Source: a virus
Taxonomy: Duplodnaviria > Heunggongvirae > Uroviricota > Caudoviricetes
IMG/VR virus record: IMGVR_UViG_3300042346_001601
Reading direction: 5' to 3' (one strand)
DNA length: 64,000 nt
The notes under the pieces were generated by a model. The model did no database searches, had not been told where the DNA came from, and saw only the letters and a program-made list of their open reading frames with translations. This document shows, in pieces, positions 35,434-44,877 of this stretch. The translations under genes were made by a program, and so were the position numbers. Every line of letters begins with the position of its first letter. Positions within the stretch are counted from its first letter, which is position 1.

Positions 35434-36055
35434 TAATTCTTTTTATTTTATTCATCTTATGAATTTCTAGATATTTTGCCAAATCCTCATTACTCATCCA
35501 CTTATTGAAATCCGGTTCAATTTTTTTGATTTGTTCGGTTAAATCTTTTTTGTAACCTTTTCGATAGTAATAATCTTCAATGGAATCAGCAAGGTCCTGA
35601 ATGTATTGAGGTGCAGCAACTGAGATTCTTAAATCATACCATTCCCACTTTGTTTTATAATCTACAAATGTAATTCCTTTGGTTAGTTTTCTATGTAAAT
35701 TATGTAGTGCCCTATTACGAACCCTTACAATAGATTTATCGTTACCAAACACATCGAGAAATCTAAGAAACCAACGAGGACACCACCAAGGTTTTGCTTC
35801 ATAGTCCATAGCCAAAACTAATGGGACCATAGCTTTATTACAGTTATTGTAATCAGGTACAGAACCTAAATACCCATACTTTTCAGAAAAATCTTTAGGA
35901 AAGAAAATATAACGAATATCATCCCACTCCAAATCACGAGTATGTACTATACCTTTCTTTCTACCCTTCCAAAATAGGAGAGATTGTCCAAAGTCTTTAG
36001 CTTTTGCACTAAATGGGCGATTGTCCTTAAAAGGACCAAATTTACTTTTTTTCAT
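35399..36055 (-). CDS. hypothetical protein
   Basis: 218-aa ORF. Confidence 0.45.
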   Translation of the reverse strand: MKKSKFGPFKDNRPFSAKAKDFGQSLLFWKGRKKGIVHTRDLEWDDIRYIFFPKDFSEKYGYLGSVPDYNNCNKAMVPLVLAMDYEAKPWWCPRWFLRFLDVFGNDKSIVRVRNRALHNLHRKLTKGITFVDYKTKWEWYDLRISVAAPQYIQDLADSIEDYYYRKGYKKDLTEQIKKIEPDFNKWMSNEDLAKYLEIHKMNKIKRINDQINGSTEHS

Positions 36056-36180
36056 ACTATTTGGTTAACAAATCATAAAGGATAATTCCAAGTCCTATCA
36101 ATAAAATCGTGGAGGTTACGAAAGAAATTACTGAAGAAAGGAGGAGCAAATAAAATTTTTTGTGTTTTAGTTTCATGAGT

Positions 36181-36501
36181 TTATGGTTTTAGTGAATCCT
36201 GGATTGAGCTTTTCTCTATTGTTGTGTCCATGTGCTGACAATGTATTTTTCCACATTTTTCAGTCACCAATTTGGTAATGTAAATAGTATCTGTTGTTTT
36301 TATAGGGGGTTCTTCCTTTTTTATTTCATGAATTACTGTTCCTTCTATATCCTGTGTGGAGCTGGATCTAAAAAAATCAGAGGTGGCAACTTTATAAATA
36401 AAATAAATGCTGAAGAAACAAAAAATAAAGAAAAGCAAAAAACCCAGGCTTAGAAAAAGGGTAAAATTGTGATTTTTAGTGTTTTTGGGTGATTTCATCA
36501 A
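36181..36501 (-). CDS. hypothetical membrane-anchored protein
   Basis: N-terminal TM helix. Confidence 0.4.
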   Translation of the reverse strand: MMKSPKNTKNHNFTLFLSLGFLLFFIFCFFSIYFIYKVATSDFFRSSSTQDIEGTVIHEIKKEEPPIKTTDTIYITKLVTEKCGKIHCQHMDTTIEKSSIQDSLKP

Positions 36502-36901
36502 GGAGATTTTTAAGTGAATAACGGATATTAGCGGTGATGTCAGCCTCTAGAGAATGCCTTCTTTCTTCAATTTCCAAATTATAAGAATGAATTAATCTCT
36601 GCCAAGCTCTTTCCCGAAGGGTAACGGAGTAGCTGTGGATATTGTCTATAATTTGGACCTGGTTGGAGTCCATAATAACATAAATCTTTAACCTCTCGTT
36701 TTTTAAAAATCTTTTGTCGGTCAAAGGTGTCATTAAGAGAATAGAGTCTGACATTTTAGCCAGCTTTTTACACAGCATGACACACTGCGCCTCGTGGGGC
36801 AAAGGTGATTCTTTGCGGTCGCTGGTGGAGTCTAGACGCCTGAGCAAATAGATAGACAATTTTTGCATTCTACGTCTGAAGTTGTGAGTAATTAGTTGCA
36901 T
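36476..36901 (-). CDS. hypothetical protein
   Basis: 141-aa ORF. Confidence 0.4.
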   Translation of the reverse strand: MQLITHNFRRRMQKLSIYLLRRLDSTSDRKESPLPHEAQCVMLCKKLAKMSDSILLMTPLTDKRFLKNERLKIYVIMDSNQVQIIDNIHSYSVTLRERAWQRLIHSYNLEIEERRHSLEADITANIRYSLKNLLDEITQKH

Positions 36902-36968
36902 GGAGAATTTGGTTTAGACCCCAAATATAGAAAAATTCCTCCAATAGTTGATACTTCGAATAAAAAAA

Positions 36969-37886
36969 TTAGGCGGTAGTAGATAAGTCTTTGACCTCAA
37001 TGTTTTGGGCAAAATCTAGAGCTTTTCTGGTACCCTCTCCGATAATTCCGGCATCTACATTATTTCCTGGACCCGCATTGGCATTGTTAACTGCTCTAAC
37101 TGCAGTTTTTAAATCTTGAAAATCGTTCTCGTTGGAGTTGGAATACTTCTCCTTGATAGTTGGGTTGTTCAAAGTGATCTTAAAGAAGAGGGCTGCTACT
37201 TCGGCGGCAATTTTTGAATTCTTTTCTAAAGTTTCAGGATTAGCTACTAGATCAACATTAGTTCCAGCTTTTTTGAGTAAGTCTGTGTATACTCGGTAGT
37301 TTGCTTTCCCTGTGAGCCCGTTGTATCCTCTACCTCGATATTTCCAGCCGTCACCTGGCTGATCGTTGCCTAGATCCTTACCCGTACTAGTTGGACAATC
37401 TACGCCGTATACTCTATCCCAGAATTTAGCATCATCCTTTCTTAATTCTTCAATCTGAGCATCTGTTAGATCCTTGACCCTCCGTCCGAAAACATCTCTA
37501 ATCCTACTAGCCGGTGTGTTTCTATAAGAAATTTCAGCAACGCTGGGGTTGAACCCGCTTTCTTTATTCACAACTCCCAAGACCGCTCTTTGGACGTAAG
37601 GGTTTGTGAGACCGTGTTTATTGAGAGCTTCTACGAGCTCTTGCATTGCCTGCTTTTGATTAGCAGGGGCACTGGGCAGAATTAATTCTCCCGATACAGG
37701 AGATTCAGTATCAGAAGCTTTAGAAGCTGAAACTAATCCCGAATCGGAAGTGATGGTGGATCCAAAAGAGCTTCTAATTTCGGAATCCATCCATTTGTCA
37801 AAAGATTCCTTCCCCCTCTCTGAGTTCGATTTTGGTGTATTTTCATACAAGTCCCTAAAAGATTTGAGATATTTCATTTTTTTCAT
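36969..37886 (-). CDS. peptidoglycan hydrolase, GH19/lysozyme-like (putative endolysin or virion lysin)
   Basis: ...GVVNKESGFNPS...YRN...RDVFGRR...DGWKYRGRGYNGLTGKANY resembles GH19 catalytic region (YYGRGPIQL.WNYNY). Confidence 0.5.
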   Translation of the reverse strand: MKKMKYLKSFRDLYENTPKSNSERGKESFDKWMDSEIRSSFGSTITSDSGLVSASKASDTESPVSGELILPSAPANQKQAMQELVEALNKHGLTNPYVQRAVLGVVNKESGFNPSVAEISYRNTPASRIRDVFGRRVKDLTDAQIEELRKDDAKFWDRVYGVDCPTSTGKDLGNDQPGDGWKYRGRGYNGLTGKANYRVYTDLLKKAGTNVDLVANPETLEKNSKIAAEVAALFFKITLNNPTIKEKYSNSNENDFQDLKTAVRAVNNANAGPGNNVDAGIIGEGTRKALDFAQNIEVKDLSTTA

Positions 37887-37990
37887 TCTTTTGTTCTAAC
37901 TTTGAGATTTCTGTTGAAAGCCCTTGTTTTAATGTATAACGAGGGGGTCGGTCTATATATCCACAAGATAGTGCACACTTTTCATGTAGA

Positions 37991-38794
37991 CTACCAGTTT
38001 TCTAGACTGGGGTAGTACGTATCGCTATCAATGAACTGGTAAAGAAATGCATTTTCTCTAATTCTTGCTTCCATGTTTCTAACTTTCTGGTGATGATCCG
38101 ACATTGACAGAAATTCCCGGGTTACCATGGGCCAAATGGTGTAATTGTGAATATTTGTTTCAGGTGATGTAACGAAATGGTCAAAATCTTTTATACCAAC
38201 AACTGTGTCCCTCTTCTCGATATTCGCTTCTATCTTGTCAACAATGGTTCTTCTGAATATCCCAAAATTCAGGGTCGAGGCTGTGCCCAATGGTTTTGCT
38301 AGATGGTCTGTTAAGATCTCGATCCTGCCTATAAAATAGTGGTTCCCGATAAGACAATCCCAATCCTCAGGCAGGTCTTCAAAAGCTAAACGAATTTTAT
38401 CCATAGCTCCTGCAACGAGATACGAATCATCTTCCATAATAATAATGGTTTCTTCATCCTTTAGATGCTCAGTCAGACAAGTTGAGAAGGAGGCAAAAAT
38501 TCCATCTACTGGGGATTTTTTTTCTAGGGCAGAAAATCTGGTGATCTGAAAATTGGCCAAAGAGTTCTGATTCAATTTCATGAAATTCTCCCATCTATCC
38601 TCTCTTCTGTCAAGGTTGATCACATAAACTGAAGTTGGGAATTGACAGGGATTTTTCTTGAATTCTTGGGAACTTAGACGGGAGTTTTGAATTTTTTGTA
38701 GATCCGATAACCTGTTTTTATTGGACATGATTCTGAAATACCCTTTGGAGGGTCCTGAAGAAAGAGGATTGTCCATGCCTAATCCTCGGTCCAA
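37991..38794 (-). CDS. glycosyltransferase family 25-like protein
   Basis: VYVINLDRREDRWENF matches GT25 (LPS glycosyltransferase) N-terminal signature. Confidence 0.45.
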   Translation of the reverse strand: MDRGLGMDNPLSSGPSKGYFRIMSNKNRLSDLQKIQNSRLSSQEFKKNPCQFPTSVYVINLDRREDRWENFMKLNQNSLANFQITRFSALEKKSPVDGIFASFSTCLTEHLKDEETIIIMEDDSYLVAGAMDKIRLAFEDLPEDWDCLIGNHYFIGRIEILTDHLAKPLGTASTLNFGIFRRTIVDKIEANIEKRDTVVGIKDFDHFVTSPETNIHNYTIWPMVTREFLSMSDHHQKVRNMEARIRENAFLYQFIDSDTYYPSLENW

Positions 38795-39180
38795 ATGTTC
38801 AGATCCATGTCCTCGTAGAAATCGTCTTTCTCCTCAAATTGAATTTCCCATTCGTATTTATTTTTTTTCCATCCTTTGGAATAGAATGGAAAATTGTAAG
38901 TCCAAATGATTTTAGAATGGTCTGCAAATTCGCACAGTTCTTTTTCCACCTTTGTGACACACTCAAAAAACTCCTCTGCATTGGACATCTCGATTTCACC
39001 TTCATCAATGTAGATCTCCAATTTACCAGACTTACCAATAACAGAGGACTCGGAAACAGCTTCTTTCATCTCAGGGGGAATGTCTAATTTTTTCAATTTT
39101 TGTAAGAACCTCGCCAAAGATTCGGGGTTGACCTGACAGGTACTGATCAGATCCAGATGATAAATTCCAGTTTCTTCCAC
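38779..39180 (-). CDS. hypothetical acidic protein
   Basis: 133-aa ORF. Confidence 0.4.
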   Translation of the reverse strand: MEETGIYHLDLISTCQVNPESLARFLQKLKKLDIPPEMKEAVSESSVIGKSGKLEIYIDEGEIEMSNAEEFFECVTKVEKELCEFADHSKIIWTYNFPFYSKGWKKNKYEWEIQFEEKDDFYEDMDLNIWTED

Positions 39181-39194
39181 TTGTTTATTTTTTT

Positions 39195-40730
39195 TTAAAC
39201 TGAGGCAACAAAAGTTATTTTCATGCCTTCGGAGGGATGAATCAGATAGGCTTGAAGAGCTCTATTGGATCCTTCAAACCCGTGTTGGTGATGCCATCTA
39301 TCAGAACCAGACAGACTCGGCATTTGATAAACCTTCACCCCATTGAAGTCCTTCACCATCTCATGATGCAGGTGTCCAGTAAAGAAGAATCTGTGTTTGG
39401 TTCTGGACCAAAAATCAGGAGCTTCTCTGGCCATAAGGTAAGGAAGCTCTGAAAGTTTGGTTCCGTCACCGTGCGTGAATCCCATGAGATTTTCACCGTA
39501 TTCGTAGTACTGACGGAATTTATGACATTTAATCACCTCTACATCTTCACAGCTCCTATAATAGGCTCCCAAATACTCCAAAAGAACATGAGAAAGTTTG
39601 AAGTCGTGATTGCCCGCAGTTAATAAAATCTCAACGGGAGCCACCCCTCTCAGGATATCGATGAATTCTACCATCAGTTGCTGGCCCTCCACCATGATCT
39701 GGATAAAAGTACCATCGCAGTCCTGAGGTGTGCCTTTGGTCGTGGTTCCACCGAGGGTATCAACATGAAAAAAATCGGATCCTACAGGAATAATAATTTT
39801 CTCAATCTGATACTTAACAACATCGGACAAGATGGAGGCAGTTTTTCCGAGTAATAAATCCCGGGCCATTTGACGGTTGTATTCATCCCTCACCTCTCCT
39901 GACCAGGCATATTTCCCGTAGTGCAGATCAAAGGGAGAAATAACGAGGGAATGAGGTTCTCCGGGAGGCAGGGTCAATTTAGGAACCTCGTACTGGGCAA
40001 AAACCTGGGATAATTTTTCGGCCAAAGGATTGATAACCAGACCCTTAAAAGCCCACCAATTTGAGGCTGCCTCTTTGATCATTTTTTCCTCTTGCCGGGT
40101 GTATTTCTGGAAGAATGAAAATTTTCTTTTTTGTAGAGCATCTGAAACCATCTCTTCCTCGTCTCGGACGAACATTTCTTCGTCGGTATAGGGTTCGGAG
40201 TCGTGGGTCCAGCCCAGAATAGATTTAAGGGCGGTAAATATGTTTCTAGGTATTTCGAAATTCCGACAGATTTCGTTGATGGTTTCTGCACTGCCGGTCA
40301 GAGAAGAATAACGGGATTTCATGTCCCTAATGATGGTGCCGGTAAATCGATAGGCTTTGTTCTTGATGTACACTATATAGAGATCTTTTGCCTCATCATA
40401 GTAGTAGTTGGTGTTGTGCTTGTATTTTTTGTAGGCAGACCGGGCTATTTTTTCCTCCTCTTTGTCGATTTCTAATTCCATAGAAGGAGGAATTTCCTCC
40501 TGCCTGAATTTTTCCTCGATCGATTGTCTTAGAACATCTTCCGGTAATTCTTCTGACAGCTTGGCAGAGATTGCTCTTCTAAAAGAATCAATGGCCGAAG
40601 TGCCCAGATTTAGAAATTTTTCGGAAACCAATTTTTTGGCTATCTCAGTATGAGAAAAACCTTGACCGTGTAAAGACCAGATTTCCTCTGAGAATTTTTC
40701 GGCTAGGTCCTTGAGTGAAATTTGACTCAT
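39195..40730 (-). CDS. large metallophosphoesterase (calcineurin-like/Mre11-SbcD-like motifs in C-terminal half) with N-terminal HTH-like region
   Basis: ISPFDLHYG, VGSDFFHVD, TAGNHDF, GHLHHE motif series; N-terminal GFSHTEIAKKL helix-turn-helix-like. Confidence 0.6.
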   Translation of the reverse strand: MSQISLKDLAEKFSEEIWSLHGQGFSHTEIAKKLVSEKFLNLGTSAIDSFRRAISAKLSEELPEDVLRQSIEEKFRQEEIPPSMELEIDKEEEKIARSAYKKYKHNTNYYYDEAKDLYIVYIKNKAYRFTGTIIRDMKSRYSSLTGSAETINEICRNFEIPRNIFTALKSILGWTHDSEPYTDEEMFVRDEEEMVSDALQKRKFSFFQKYTRQEEKMIKEAASNWWAFKGLVINPLAEKLSQVFAQYEVPKLTLPPGEPHSLVISPFDLHYGKYAWSGEVRDEYNRQMARDLLLGKTASILSDVVKYQIEKIIIPVGSDFFHVDTLGGTTTKGTPQDCDGTFIQIMVEGQQLMVEFIDILRGVAPVEILLTAGNHDFKLSHVLLEYLGAYYRSCEDVEVIKCHKFRQYYEYGENLMGFTHGDGTKLSELPYLMAREAPDFWSRTKHRFFFTGHLHHEMVKDFNGVKVYQMPSLSGSDRWHHQHGFEGSNRALQAYLIHPSEGMKITFVASV

Positions 40731-40784
40731 GAATAAATTTTTTTACTGTAGTGTAAATCTTAAAACTGTTTCTATCCCGGCTAA

Positions 40785-41057
40785 TTATTTCTCGGTTTTT
40801 GATTCTTTGGTCAAGGTTAAAATTTGACTGAGTAGAATATCTTTCTCCAGCTTGGCGAAAAAGTTTGTGATGTACTGACATTTTTCATACTCCTCTGTCG
40901 ACTCATAGTATCTCAACAAACTAGCTTTAATGTCTTCTCTCTTTTCGAGAAGATGAGGATGGTTAATGGCGCTGCTGCCCATTTTTTCCATTCTAGATAA
41001 GGCTTTTTCGTACACCTTACGCTCTATCCTCGGTTCGGTTTTCAAATTCTGAATCAT
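40785..41057 (-). CDS. hypothetical protein
   Basis: 90-aa ORF. Confidence 0.35.
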   Translation of the reverse strand: MIQNLKTEPRIERKVYEKALSRMEKMGSSAINHPHLLEKREDIKASLLRYYESTEEYEKCQYITNFFAKLEKDILLSQILTLTKESKTEK

Positions 41058-41259
41058 TTTTTTTCAGTTTAGACTGGGTGCGCTCTACTGGGTGGATCTG
41101 ATGAAGATCCATACATTTTTCATATTCCTCGAAATCTTCTAAAACTTTAATACATTCTTCCCGCTGGGAAAAGGCAAGACTTTTCTCGCCAAATTTTACG
41201 ATGTCACTATAGACTTCTAAAGCCCTATTCAATCGGTCTATATTCTGATGATTTTTCAT
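41017..41259 (-). CDS. hypothetical protein
   Basis: 80-aa ORF. Confidence 0.35.
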   Translation of the reverse strand: MKNHQNIDRLNRALEVYSDIVKFGEKSLAFSQREECIKVLEDFEEYEKCMDLHQIHPVERTQSKLKKNDSEFENRTEDRA

Positions 41260-41554
41260 TTCTGATTCAGAAGTATATATGTTTTGACCAGAATGAATTT
41301 TCTGAGTTTAAAGTGCAAAAGACAATTTACAGCAATCTTTCTTGCCAGAATTTTTTAGGTCAGAAATTGAAAGCTATCCGGCGATTTTTGAAAGGGCACT
41401 CCAAAAGAGCCTGGAGCATTATATTCCACCAGTAACTCCACTTTCCCTTCATTATTTTTAAGTACATTCAATACCTTGACAGTTTTTTGGGAAGATTTCT
41501 CTCTTAAGATGTCACCCTTTTCTATTCTCATATCGTTCAAGTAGTGTGAACTGA

Positions 41555-41866
41555 TTAGTCTAAATCCTGAGTTTTCCATTTTTTTAGAAGTTGTAAAGTT
41601 TTTTTTATTTGCCCACACGCCTCGTAATTTTCAGTCCTTTCGTTCCAGAGTTGGCAGTTGACAAGGAATTTTTCATAGTCTTTTTTCTCAATGATTACGG
41701 AATAGCTGGGACCATCCGTGTTGAAATCTTGACCCATCGTAAAAAGAACTGCGAAATTATACCTTTGTTCTACAGCTTCGGTAATCTTTTCACGGAAGAG
41801 TTCCCAAAATCTGTCTTTATCTTTGAACTGAAGTGCTTCTTTGAACGGCGGGTGGGAATCGTACAT
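41555..41866 (-). CDS. hypothetical protein
   Basis: 103-aa ORF. Confidence 0.4.
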   Translation of the reverse strand: MYDSHPPFKEALQFKDKDRFWELFREKITEAVEQRYNFAVLFTMGQDFNTDGPSYSVIIEKKDYEKFLVNCQLWNERTENYEACGQIKKTLQLLKKWKTQDLD

Positions 41867-41875
41867 GAATTTAGT

Positions 41876-42928
41876 TTATTCTAATTCCTCGAGAGAGTTG
41901 GAGAGATATTTGGTGATTTTATAAGGATCCGCATTTGATCCTGGTCTCCTGTCTTCAAGATAACCCAACCACTTATCAGAGGTAGAAATGGGTATTCTGA
42001 TTGATGCTCCTCTATCACTTACACCCCAACTGAATTTCGAAATGCTTTGGGTTTCGTGCTTGCCGGTAAGTCTCAGATGATTGTCCGATCCATAGAGGGA
42101 AATAGCAACATCGTGGGTTTTTTCCAGCACTTGACAAATGCTGTTAAAAAATTCTTCCCCTCCTGTTTCTCTCATTCTATTATTTGAAAAATTGGTGTGC
42201 ATTCCTGATCCGTTCCAATCTTCCTCTGCTCCCATGGGCTTGGGGTGAAAGTCAACTTTGATCTGGTAATTTTCTGCAATTCTCATGAGCAAAAATCTAG
42301 ATATCCAAAGATCATCTGCGGCCGTCTGTTCTCCCTGGCCAAAAACCTGATATTCCCACTGACCGAGCATCACTTCGGCATTGGTGCCTGTGATCTGAAT
42401 GCCACAAGAAAGACAGGCATCCAAATGTTCCTCTGAAATATTTCTGCCAGCGGAATAAGGATGACCGACTGAACAATAATACTTGCCCTGAGACTCGGGT
42501 GGGTTGAAATTTTCAAATCCTACCGGCCGATTACTATTTTTATTGAACCACCTGAGCACATACTCTTGCTCAAACCCAAACCAAAGAGCATGAGAATCCT
42601 TTCCGATCAAGGCTCTAGTATTGGAAGAATGTGGGGTGCGGTCTGGATTTAGAACCTCACACATTACGAGATAGCAAAAGCCCATTCTGAGAGGATCTGC
42701 ATAAACCCTCACTGGTTTTAGAATCAAATCTGAGAAATTACCTTCAGCCTGCCGGGTGGAACTTCCATCAAAAGACCATTCTGGAAGTTCTTCTGGTCTA
42801 GGTTTTGCGTGTTGGGGCGAAAGAGTGTTCAGATTTGACGGGGTATAATCGAAAATCTTTACTTTTGATCTCAAATTTGGTTCGGGTTGATATCCATCTA
42901 ACCAAACATACTCCAATTTTAATTTCAT
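41876..42928 (-). CDS. glnII: glutamine synthetase, type II (eukaryote-like GSII)
   Basis: Near-collinear with eukaryotic GSII: YVWLDG, LPEWSFDGSST, FGFEQEY, YYCSVG, ITGTNAEVMLGQWEYQ, KPMGAEEDWNGSGMHTNFS, SIRIP, YLEDRRPGSNADPY. Confidence 0.9.
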   Translation of the reverse strand: MKLKLEYVWLDGYQPEPNLRSKVKIFDYTPSNLNTLSPQHAKPRPEELPEWSFDGSSTRQAEGNFSDLILKPVRVYADPLRMGFCYLVMCEVLNPDRTPHSSNTRALIGKDSHALWFGFEQEYVLRWFNKNSNRPVGFENFNPPESQGKYYCSVGHPYSAGRNISEEHLDACLSCGIQITGTNAEVMLGQWEYQVFGQGEQTAADDLWISRFLLMRIAENYQIKVDFHPKPMGAEEDWNGSGMHTNFSNNRMRETGGEEFFNSICQVLEKTHDVAISLYGSDNHLRLTGKHETQSISKFSWGVSDRGASIRIPISTSDKWLGYLEDRRPGSNADPYKITKYLSNSLEELE

Positions 42929-43020
42929 GTTAAATTTGTTTTAATGAACTCCTGTTTATAGCCCAAAAATTCAAAAAATTTCAATTTTTCAAGGGTATTG
43001 AAAGAAATTGTAAAGAAAAA

Positions 43021-43206
43021 TTATTTAGATTGGAGGCTCGAGAAAGTCTTTTTGAACTCTTCAAACTTCATGAGCTTACCAACCGTGGCCTGCTTCATAC
43101 CCAGAGAGCCAACTTTCGAACTGTAAGCCCTTTGATCGTACCACTTGACGAAATTATCGTCGGTGGTGTGTTTAGGGTCTGGAGCAACTGTTTGTGGATT
43201 TGACAT
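43021..43206 (-). CDS. hypothetical protein
   Basis: 61-aa ORF. Confidence 0.35.
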   Translation of the reverse strand: MSNPQTVAPDPKHTTDDNFVKWYDQRAYSSKVGSLGMKQATVGKLMKFEEFKKTFSSLQSK

Positions 43207-43215
43207 GGTGTTTTT

Positions 43216-43617
43216 TTAATTTGTATCAGATAGGAAAAAGATTTTTGCTAAAATCCCAACCAAAGTGGTGAAAAAGATCCACATAGCTTTGGTGATCCCC
43301 CCTTTCCACTTCATGAGGTCAGAGTGTTCTAGTAAGAGGTTCCGGTATTCAACCTCATCTTTCTCCTTCTGTCTCTGTTGTTCTAGTCTGAATTTGGTGT
43401 TTTCGTTTACTTTGACGATCACACCATCATCTGGATCCAGAAGTTTTTTCTTTAGCTCCGAGAGATCTTTTTTCATTTCAGACTGAGCTGCTTTGAGTTC
43501 CTCCATGCTGATCTGGATGATCCTTAGATCGTGGCCTGGAGATCTTTCCCTCATAGAGTTTAATTCATCCTGTAAAACCTCCCTGATGATCTCTGAAATC
43601 GGTTTTTGAGTTTCCAT
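43216..43617 (-). CDS. hypothetical coiled-coil protein with C-terminal TM helix
   Basis: 133 aa; C-terminal MWIFFTTLVGILAKIFFL. Confidence 0.45.
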   Translation of the reverse strand: METQKPISEIIREVLQDELNSMRERSPGHDLRIIQISMEELKAAQSEMKKDLSELKKKLLDPDDGVIVKVNENTKFRLEQQRQKEKDEVEYRNLLLEHSDLMKWKGGITKAMWIFFTTLVGILAKIFFLSDTN

Positions 43618-43652
43618 AACTGAGATTATATATCTGCATCAGGACTCATTTT

Positions 43653-43859
43653 TTACTGGATTTCCTTGTTCCAGTGAACTTTTATGTCGGGAATTAGAAT
43701 AAAATCATCAACGTAGATAGGTAGACTTTCTAGTAAAAAAAAACTATAAAATCCTTCTTCATCAAATTTGTTTTCTAAGATTTCAACCTTATGAAGATTA
43801 ATAAGGGAACAAACTTCCAGATGTGTTCTGGGCGAGGTGGTAAGAATCTTAATCTTCAA
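43653..43859 (-). CDS. hypothetical protein
   Basis: 68-aa ORF. Confidence 0.35.
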   Translation of the reverse strand: MKIKILTTSPRTHLEVCSLINLHKVEILENKFDEEGFYSFFLLESLPIYVDDFILIPDIKVHWNKEIQ

Positions 43860-44130
43860 CTTCTGGCTCTCCTAAAATTGATTTTGTAACGGGATCAATG
43901 GACATGATAAAGTATTCGGAGGTGGATTTTTTTTCAACCACAACTTGAACGGGACTGGTACTACCCCGAAGACAGTATTTTTCACCTTCCAATAGAAATT
44001 CTTGATCTAAGTGTTCTGGCAAGAGTTTGGATCTTCGAATCCACTTGTTTTGATTTCTGACGTATTGTTCCTGATAATGTTTCATCAGAGAATCCTCTGG
44101 CTTTCTGATTCTTTTAGGGGGGATTTGCAT
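43849..44130 (-). CDS. hypothetical protein
   Basis: 93-aa ORF. Confidence 0.4.
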   Translation of the reverse strand: MQIPPKRIRKPEDSLMKHYQEQYVRNQNKWIRRSKLLPEHLDQEFLLEGEKYCLRGSTSPVQVVVEKKSTSEYFIMSIDPVTKSILGEPEVED

Positions 44131-44141
44131 GCTGTTTATTT

Positions 44142-44876
44142 TTAAAATTTTTCGGACGATAATTTCATGCTCATTAGGTCATCTAAAATAGGACCCATAA
44201 GGTAATACTCTGCTGAAGGTTGGCCCTTATCACAAACTCCAGGCTGGGAATACCAGTGGACGTTATAGTGATAATGATTGTGAACTTTGCTGCTCATTCT
44301 TTTAGACCCTTCAACCTCGTTTGTCCAGGGATCTTCTCCATCAACAATGTTTTGGATTAAGTACTCTCTATTCCAGATAGTTGCATTATGAGAGTGGAGA
44401 TAATTTTCTCCTTGACTGTGCTTCATGATCCTAACCTTGTTAATGACGTAAGGGGTAGGATCTAGGCGGTAGGCATCGTAATAGTGTAATTTGGTGTGAA
44501 TCTTGATGGATTCCGCCTTTTGGACTTCTGCGAACAGCAAAAGTTGTTCTAAAACGGGATAGGGAAAAGAAGATTTTAGCCACATATCTTCCTGGAGATA
44601 AATGATCCATTTTGAGGTAATTTCGGATAAGGTTTTTTTCATTCTGGTGGAAAATCCATTTTTATCCGTCTTTCCGGTCAAAATGCTTTGCATCGCGGAG
44701 TTAGGCTTGAAGAGGTGACCCCTGCACGAAAGTTCAAAATCCTTGACATTCCGTTCTTCGGATGCCCAATAAACAGGGATTTTTTCAAAATCCCAGTACA
44801 GGTCTAAGGAATACAACATACCAAACCAAAACTGATGGTACGAATCACACGTGTGAACAACCAAAGAAAGATCCAT
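44142..44876 (-). CDS. hypothetical protein (first gene of glycan cluster)
   Basis: 244-aa ORF. Confidence 0.45.
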   Translation of the reverse strand: MDLSLVVHTCDSYHQFWFGMLYSLDLYWDFEKIPVYWASEERNVKDFELSCRGHLFKPNSAMQSILTGKTDKNGFSTRMKKTLSEITSKWIIYLQEDMWLKSSFPYPVLEQLLLFAEVQKAESIKIHTKLHYYDAYRLDPTPYVINKVRIMKHSQGENYLHSHNATIWNREYLIQNIVDGEDPWTNEVEGSKRMSSKVHNHYHYNVHWYSQPGVCDKGQPSAEYYLMGPILDDLMSMKLSSEKF

Positions 44877-44877
44877 G

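Noticed and set aside
37940-37990. Imperfect hairpin ctaccagt-tttctag-actggggtag as a terminator
   Set aside because: Bulged stem and no U-run on either strand
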